A stretch of DNA of 62,974 bases, filler included, from Kipferlia bialata (taxonomy: Eukaryota), in assembly GCA_003568945.1 (NCBI GenBank). It is 7 parts of 7 records of this genome, joined end to end, with 100 filler letters (N's around TTAATTAATTAA, not from the genome) between each part and the next. Parts side by side here need not be neighbours in the genome. Positions count along the whole stretch, not along the records: positions 55,129 to 60,810 come from BDIP01001360.1; positions 60,911 to 62,974 come from BDIP01001397.1; 5 more parts are not named here. One strand, given 5' to 3'. Each line of letters begins with the position of its first letter. The stretch's first letter is position 1. This document shows positions 56,168 to 62,974 of the stretch, in pieces. The notes under the pieces are model-generated. The model was not told where the DNA came from. It made no database searches and was given only the letters and a program-made list of their open reading frames with translations. A program made the translations under genes and the position numbers.

Positions 56168-58502
56168 ACCTGGGGCGTGTGCCTGACGGGGCTGGGGCCG
56201 GGCATGGGCTGGCCCTGGACCTAGGGTGAGTGGTATAGATAAAAATACATACATTCATCAATAAATACAAATACTGCCTAACTAATCATAGATGTAACAA
56301 AGGAACAGAGAGTATACTTACATATATACAATACATATATGTATCTACATATATGTATATACTACATTATATGTATATACATATATGTATATACTACAAT
56401 ACACATACCATCCTGGGTCCTGCCTGGGGGAGTGGGGCAGGCTTGACAGGGGCACGGTCAGTGTGGGCGGGCTTGGTCTGATATATTAGAGAGAGAGAGG
56501 TTGAAAAGTATTGGAGAGAGAAGTGGGAGGGGAATGGAGATTCATATATATAGAGAGAGAGACATACCTTCCTCTCTGGCTTCTTCTGCTCGGTGGTCTG
56601 GGCAGGGGTCTGGGGGGTGAGAGATATAGAGACACAACCAAAAACATATGTACTACTATGATTATTGTTATTAGAATGAAACAATATGTACCTGATTCAC
56701 TGGCTTGACCGACACTGGGAAGGGTGGCACTATAGACATGTGTATATAAACAGTAGCTTATACTATGTTATATATACATACTATTACATTTACACACCTG
56801 GTTGACTGGCTTGACACTGACTGGGAAGGGTGGCACCACAGAGAAGGGCTCAAGGCCACAGAACCTGTTGCCAAGTCTAGTCATCAGAAGGAGAGAGAGA
56901 GAGGATTAATGTAGATTTTGAAATTATTTTAATTGTTCCACACATGATGTGTGTGGGTTTCTGGATACAGAAGGTATACAGTCATTCACATATACTGACC
57001 AAGAGGCGTCCACAATACTGAATCCATATCAATATACATTGACACAAATATCATATACCCTTGATTAGTATATATAGTGGTATATCATATACACATAACA
57101 CCATATATACCTGACGAAGTATGGGTCGGACTCTGCCCTGACAGGGATGTCTATATACACAATGCACTATAGGTATATACACATACACATATATATAAGT
57201 ATACACTGTATAGTAGGTATACATATATATATAGTATATACCTGACGAAGTATGGGTCGGACTCTGCCCTGACGGGGAGGGCGAAGGGGAGGACACCCTT
57301 GGCATACCTGGAGAGTCAGTGTATACATACATACATATACTGTGTGATAGAGAGAGATATCGGGAAGGAGAGGACACCCTTGGCATACCTGGGGTGAGGG
57401 GGGGATAAATACACACATACTTACATATATAAATGAATATGTATATAAACTCACCATGTCCTCATCCGCTGGTTGCTGAAGGGGCCCTGGATCTGCTGGG
57501 AGTTGTCGAGGTAGTACCACTGGGGGAGGTACTGCTGGGGGGCTGGAATAAGGGGCTAGAGAGAGAGAGAGAGAGAGAGAGAGATGTAGTACCACTGGGG
57601 GAGGTACTGCTGGGGGGCTGGAATAAGGGGCTAGAGGGATAGAGAGAGAGAGACATGCATAGACTCTGTATGTACCTGGCCTGTACTGGGGTGCCTGCAT
57701 CTGCATGCCGGGTGGCATGGCAGGGCCCTGGAGGGCGGGGCCTCCTGTAATAAGATGCATCCATATATATATAGAGAGAGAGATAGAGAAAGAGACACAG
57801 GACACAACGTACCCTTGACTGGCCTCTGGGGGTATCCTCTGTACTGCTGCTGCTGCTGCTGGGGTAAGGAAGTACGAATAGTAATACATATATAATAAAT
57901 ACACATATGTATACATACACTCGTATCCTCTGTACTGCTGCTGCTGCTGCTGGGGTGAGAGGGGAAGAGACAGAGAGAAATAAGTGAGCATGAAGCTACT
58001 GGAGCAGGATACATAAATATTCGTGGAAACATACAGTAATGATAATACACATGAGAGAGAGACTCGTACCCTCTGGTACTGCATGGCCATGGCGGGGGAG
58101 GACATGTATACATAGATAAATAGTATATGCGTATACTATACATCATTGTATATATATACATATATATAGTCGTACCCTCTGGTACTGCATGGCCATGGCG
58201 GGGGAGGACTGGGTGAGTCTCTCGCCAGTGGGGACGGGGAGGGGGTGGGAGCTAGGGTAAGACGGGGGTATATGGCGAGAGAGAGGGAGAGAGGAAGGAA
58301 GAGAGACAGAGAGAGGGGACGGGGAGGGGGTGAGAGCTAGAGTGAGTTTTGAAATATAGAGAGAGTCAGTCTCTCTCCTTGGTGTAAAGAGGGGGTAGGT
58401 GGAGAGAGTCAGTCCATACCTCTGCTGAGCGTTAGCTGCCATGGGGGCGGGGTTGGCACTGGGGGTAAGACTCATATTAAGACTCATATTAAGACACCAT
58501 GT

Positions 58503-58533
<31 letters not shown>

Positions 58534-58932
58534 CTGGGCTTGGCTGCCATGGGAAGAGACACAGATATATATGTGTGTGTGTGAACGTATATACATAGAT
58601 AACTATACATTACCTGGGCTTGGCTGCCATGGGCAGGGGCAGAGGGGTGGGTCTAGCGGCACTAGCAGAGGGGGCGGGGGTGGGGGCGGCAGGGGCCTCG
58701 GGCTTGGCAGCACTGAGAGTAAGAGTATATATATAGAGTGAGTGAGGGGTGGCATCATACAAAATCTGATTGGATGAGTTTGCACTAATCTGAGAGAGAG
58801 AGAGAGAGAGAGAGAGAGTACCTTGTGGGCAGAGGGGCAGGGGCGGCAGCGACAGGGAGGGGAAGAGGGGTGGGCTTGGGCTCGGCCTTCTTCTTGCTGA
58901 ATATAAGGGTGTAGACAGAGAAATAAGGGTGT

Positions 58933-58969
<37 letters not shown>

Positions 58970-59849
58970 TGTACCTAGGCACAGGGAGTGGGGCACTGGC
59001 AGCTGGGGCCACCTCCACCTTGGGCTCAGGCTGGGGGTGAGTAATCATGGATGCTATACATACACATATTGTGTGGGGTACACAGACATATATATATACA
59101 GGCTATATATACCTCCACCTTGGGCTCAGGCTGAGAGTGAGCATACCATCCAATAATACAAGTGCACACACACACACACACACTATCTCTCTCTCAGTAT
59201 ATCCATATATATATATATATATATGTATATACATACACACCTCCGGCTTGACCTCTGGCTTGGCAGGGACAGGCAGGGGCAGGGGCACGGGGGTGTCAGC
59301 GGCTGGGAGGTTAGAGGAATAGATCCAAATTGCAATACATATACATATTGTGTATTGTACTAGTATACATTAGTTAAATATTAGAGGGGAACGGGGGGGT
59401 CAGGGGCTGAGAGGTTAGCTCTAGACATGGAGAGAGTATATATATATATTGAATACATAGATAATAAATATACATGCCTGATGTGGCTGGCACTGATGCC
59501 GATGCCGATGTGGTGCCAGGGTATACTATGTATACATAGTATATATAAATAATATATAAATACTTCACATAGTGTGTATATATACATATTGATACCCATA
59601 CCTGGTGTGGCTGGCACTGATGCCGGTGCCGATGTAGTGCCTGGGGCGGCAGAGGAGGTCTCCCTGCTCCTGTTCATCCAAAGACGCAGCCTGGCAATAA
59701 GGGGGTAGAGGGAGAGAGACAGGAATGCATATTAACACAATATTGTGAAGAGAGAGAGAAAGAGAGAGATTACCTTGATGTTGTTGGCTTGGCAGCCTCG
59801 AGAGGGGTCTGGGGCTCAGACTCAGTGGCATCTGGAGGTGAGGATATGT

Positions 59850-59891
<42 letters not shown>

Positions 59892-60545
59892 TCTGGAAGG
59901 AGAGGTAATGGGAGAGTACCTGCGTCAAGGTCGTCCTCGAGGTCATCCTTGGGTGCCTCCTTCTCTGAAGGGTCAGAAACACATATATATACAACGATCT
60001 ATACACTATACACATAGAGAGAGAGAGAGAGAGATGTCCTTGGGAGCCTCCTTCTCTGAAGGGTCAGAAATACAAAAGGGAATACACTATAGACAATATA
60101 AACACATAGAGCGAGAGGGGTATTTGTATCGTTGACATCTCCCTTGTAGGAGGGAGAACATACTTATATATATATATATATATATCATAATATATATAGT
60201 ACGGATACATGCCACATTAATGTATATATAGTATACCTGTGTCGTTGACGTCCCCCTTGTAGGAGGGTGGGATGACAAGGGCGAGGGGGTCATTGAGGGG
60301 GTCAGAGGCACACAGGCTGGGGTAAGAGAGAGCCAGTAATGTATACTTTAGTATGTATAATTCAAACAACTGTATGTACCTGAAGTCCTCTCCCATGCCT
60401 CCGTCGATCGGTAGTACTAATAAAGTGTACACACACATATATAGAACACTATGTATGAAGTATTACCTGAAGTCCTCTCCCATGCCTCCATCCAGGTCAT
60501 CCTCAAGGTCAGACCGGGCACCCATCATCCTGGGGGTGAGTTAAT
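55136..60545 (-). CDS. Pro/Ala/Gln-rich disordered protein encoded by more than 20 small exons (partial)
   Basis: Many short exons with CCCCAG acceptors (MMGARSDLEDDLDGGMGEDF; EKEAPKDDLEDDLDA; PEPKVEVAPAASAPLPVP; QQQQQQYRG). Confidence 0.7.
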
Positions 60546-60640
60546 GGTTTTGCAGCTAACAATATATACTCATACAATAGAGAGAGAGGTCATCCTCGAG
60601 GTCAGACCGGGCACCCATCATCCTGGGGGTGAGAGATGGG

Positions 60641-60678
<38 letters not shown>

Positions 60679-60916
60679 TAGTAAAGGGTGAGACATGGCA
60701 CCCATCATCCTGGGGTTAAGGTGGGCAAGGGTATAGAAGCGGAAAACATATACTCATGGAATAGAGAGAGGGGGGGGGGGGGGGGGGGGGGAGGGGGGCC
60801 CTCTTTTCCCNNNNNNNNNNNNNNNNNNNNNNNNNNNNNNNNNNNNNNNNNNNNTTAATTAATTAANNNNNNNNNNNNNNNNNNNNNNNNNNNNNNNNNN
60901 NNNNNNNNNNAGGCCA

Positions 60917-60952
<36 letters not shown>

Positions 60953-60959
60953 CTCCTAC

Positions 60960-61493
60960 CTCGAGGTGGGGGAGTGACGGGAGACCCTCGAATGACTGCA
61001 CTGCGTTGTGGCTCAGCATTAGTCTGCGCAGCCTAGGGAACAGCCGGGTAAAGTGGAGGGAGGTGACCTCGTTGCACCTGAGGTCCAGCACAGCGAGGGA
61101 GGGGAGAGACACCCTGGGGTGGAAGGTGCCGAGGCTGTTGTCGTGGGCATATATATGCCGCACCCCCTCGTAGGCACCCTGCCTCCCTACCCTCTGATCC
61201 AAGGCAGACTGCAACCCGGCATCACCCAAGCTGAGGTTGGACACATCCACCACACTGTGCCCAGAGTCCCACGTCTCCCCCTCTCCCCTATCCCCTCGGC
61301 CACCTCGGTCTCTGGGTACGTCTCCTGTGCGTGTTGGCCTCTGGTAGTGGGGGTCTGCGTATCGCTCACCCTGCCACATACTGGTATCCACTGGGTCCTA
61401 GGCCCGTGCAGACCAGGATCAGACAGGGGACACTGGAGGAGGCAGAGCCCTTACTGTAGCAGAGTGTCTCTTCAGTGATAGGGCTTCAATCAT
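60960..61493 (-). CDS. Leucine-rich repeat protein (SDS22-like LRRs, possibly AIR9-like), 5' part
   Basis: ATG 61493, short intron, then VRHIYAHDNSL, LAVLDLRCNEVTSL, LRRLMLSHNAVQSFEGLPSLPHLE. Confidence 0.8.
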
Positions 61494-62077
61494 CTCTCTC
61501 TCCTCGCCTACTGTAGAGGCTGATGCCAACCTATCCTAGATAAGACGTCTGAGGTGGACTGTTGAGTGAAACGACTGCTATGTTGTGTGACTAGCTGTCG
61601 AATCCCTCTGAACTACAAAGAGTGAGGATATGGCTTCCACTTGTAGCTCTAAGAATGCAAGTGGGCCCCTCGCCATCATGATGTATTCCATCTTTAATCT
61701 CTTTCAGACAAGAGAATGGTCAGTCACCAGCCTTGTGACTCACCAGGGCTCGATTCTCAATACGTTTCCACTCATTGAAATGTCTATTCCCACCAACCTT
61801 CTGATACTTCAAGTTTTGGGCCTCTTGTAGATCTACCTCCTTGGCCACACAGCTAGTTGTCCAGAGTGGTACCTGTTGAGTCCCCAGCATGTCACTGTAG
61901 TCGCTAGTCTGTAGAGAGCTAGTGTATGGAGAAGTCGGATATCCGGAAACTTTCCGATCAATGATCGCAATATGATGCTGTGCCGCGGCTCGCATCTCCC
62001 GACGAGCTTGCATTTATCAGAGCTTGAGGCTAATTATCACTCAAGACCACTCAAAGACTCAACCAGACCTTTTGGAG

Positions 62078-62884
62078 ATGGATCTGAGTCCCCAAGAGGG
62101 CTCTACCACTCCCCCCGTGCCACAGTTTTCTTTACAGGCCCCTATGTTTCCCACTGAGGCCCCTGTGACACGGCAGCCGACTATTGCAGACCTGCAGGGC
62201 CTTATGCGGCGTGCTGCCCCTTCTACACAGCTTGACCACCTTTTGAGCAACCCTCAAATTGCCTCTATGGCAAGCAGCTTTGCCTCCATGGCCTACTTGC
62301 CTGTTCCTCCCCCTGCTCTGCCCACTGAGGTGGCAGAGGCAGTGTCAGTGTCCCCTAGAGTGACTACTACCAGGCAGACCAGCAAGGTGGGAGTTTTTCC
62401 ATTATCAGTGTGGATATGTGTGTGGGTCACTTTGAAATACACGGTCTACAGTAGGATATGTATGGGCCACACACACCATTATGGTGGTATATTTATGTGA
62501 ATGCGTCAGTTTGGTGAGAGGAGGAGTATTTTGGACCAGTTTCAGCCCCTCTCTTTCATCCTCACATTCAGGGTGCCGCCAAGTCTGAGGTGGATCTGTC
62601 CACACTCACTAAGAAGGAGAGGCAGAGGCTCAGCAGTGCTAGCTACAGGTATGTGGTTTGTATGTGACTCTACCGGACCCCCCCCCCCTTCCTTCCATTC
62701 TGATCTCATCTTTTTGATAGTCCAAGTCTTGACCTCTTCTCTTATTCTCGTAGTCTAACCCTCGCAGGCAGAAGAAGAAGGATGAGCGCAAGCAGATCGA
62801 GGACCAGCTGAACCACCTGAGGATGGAGAACGCCAGGCTGAAGGGGACCAACAGCCAGATGAGAGACACCATCAGCAGGAACAG
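62078..62884 (+). CDS. bZIP transcription factor (3' end off contig)
   Basis: Exons 62078-62386, 62572-62648 and 62768-62884 splice in frame to KKERQRLSSASYRQKKKDERKQIEDQLNHLRMENARLKGTNSQM: basic region plus I/L/L/M heptads. Confidence 0.82.
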
Positions 62885-62974
62885 GTATGGGGCGCCTCTC
62901 CCTCTTTCTCTCTCTCTCACTATATACCCCCCCCCCCCCCCCCCCCCCCCCTTTTTTTTTTTTGGTGTTTTTTT

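Noticed and set aside
61600..62013. Small minus-strand gene between the LRR and bZIP genes
   Set aside because: A 97-codon ORF with a possible donor but no recognisable motif; support is insufficient

Overview
Eukaryotic, intron-dense draft genome sequence, not prokaryotic. Seven unrelated contigs (about 10.9 kb x5 in descending length, then 5.7 kb and 2.1 kb) are joined by artificial 100-nt N/TTAATTAATTAA/N linkers. Introns are full of (TA)n, (CT)n and poly-C tracts, and acceptors look like a branch point fused to the 3' splice site (TCAC/TGAC/CTAAC-CCC-YAG). Together with (ER)n-rich proteins, this suggests a metamonad such as the free-living fornicate Kipferlia (inference). Most ORF-track entries are intron read-through or antisense shadows. 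Splicing by hand gives: an Fe/Mn-SOD first exon, an alpha/beta hydrolase, TruD/PUS7 (3' part), an ALA2-like P4-ATPase (5' part), a UBR-box protein, a kelch-like protein, an RPGRIP1L-like protein, a secreted Ig-repeat protein, an ERMP1-like M28 fragment, a NACHT + coiled-coil + LRR (NLR-like) gene, a filamin-like fragment, an LRR protein, a bZIP factor and several hypotheticals. Two observations stand out. (1) 'Exon echo' arrays are everywhere: truncated copies of exon ends carrying one splice site, stacked inside introns and differing from the true exon mostly at synonymous positions. (2) There is an NLR-architecture gene in a protist. Several contigs appear chimeric at poly-G/C tracts. All gene models are hand-spliced, so boundaries are approximate.
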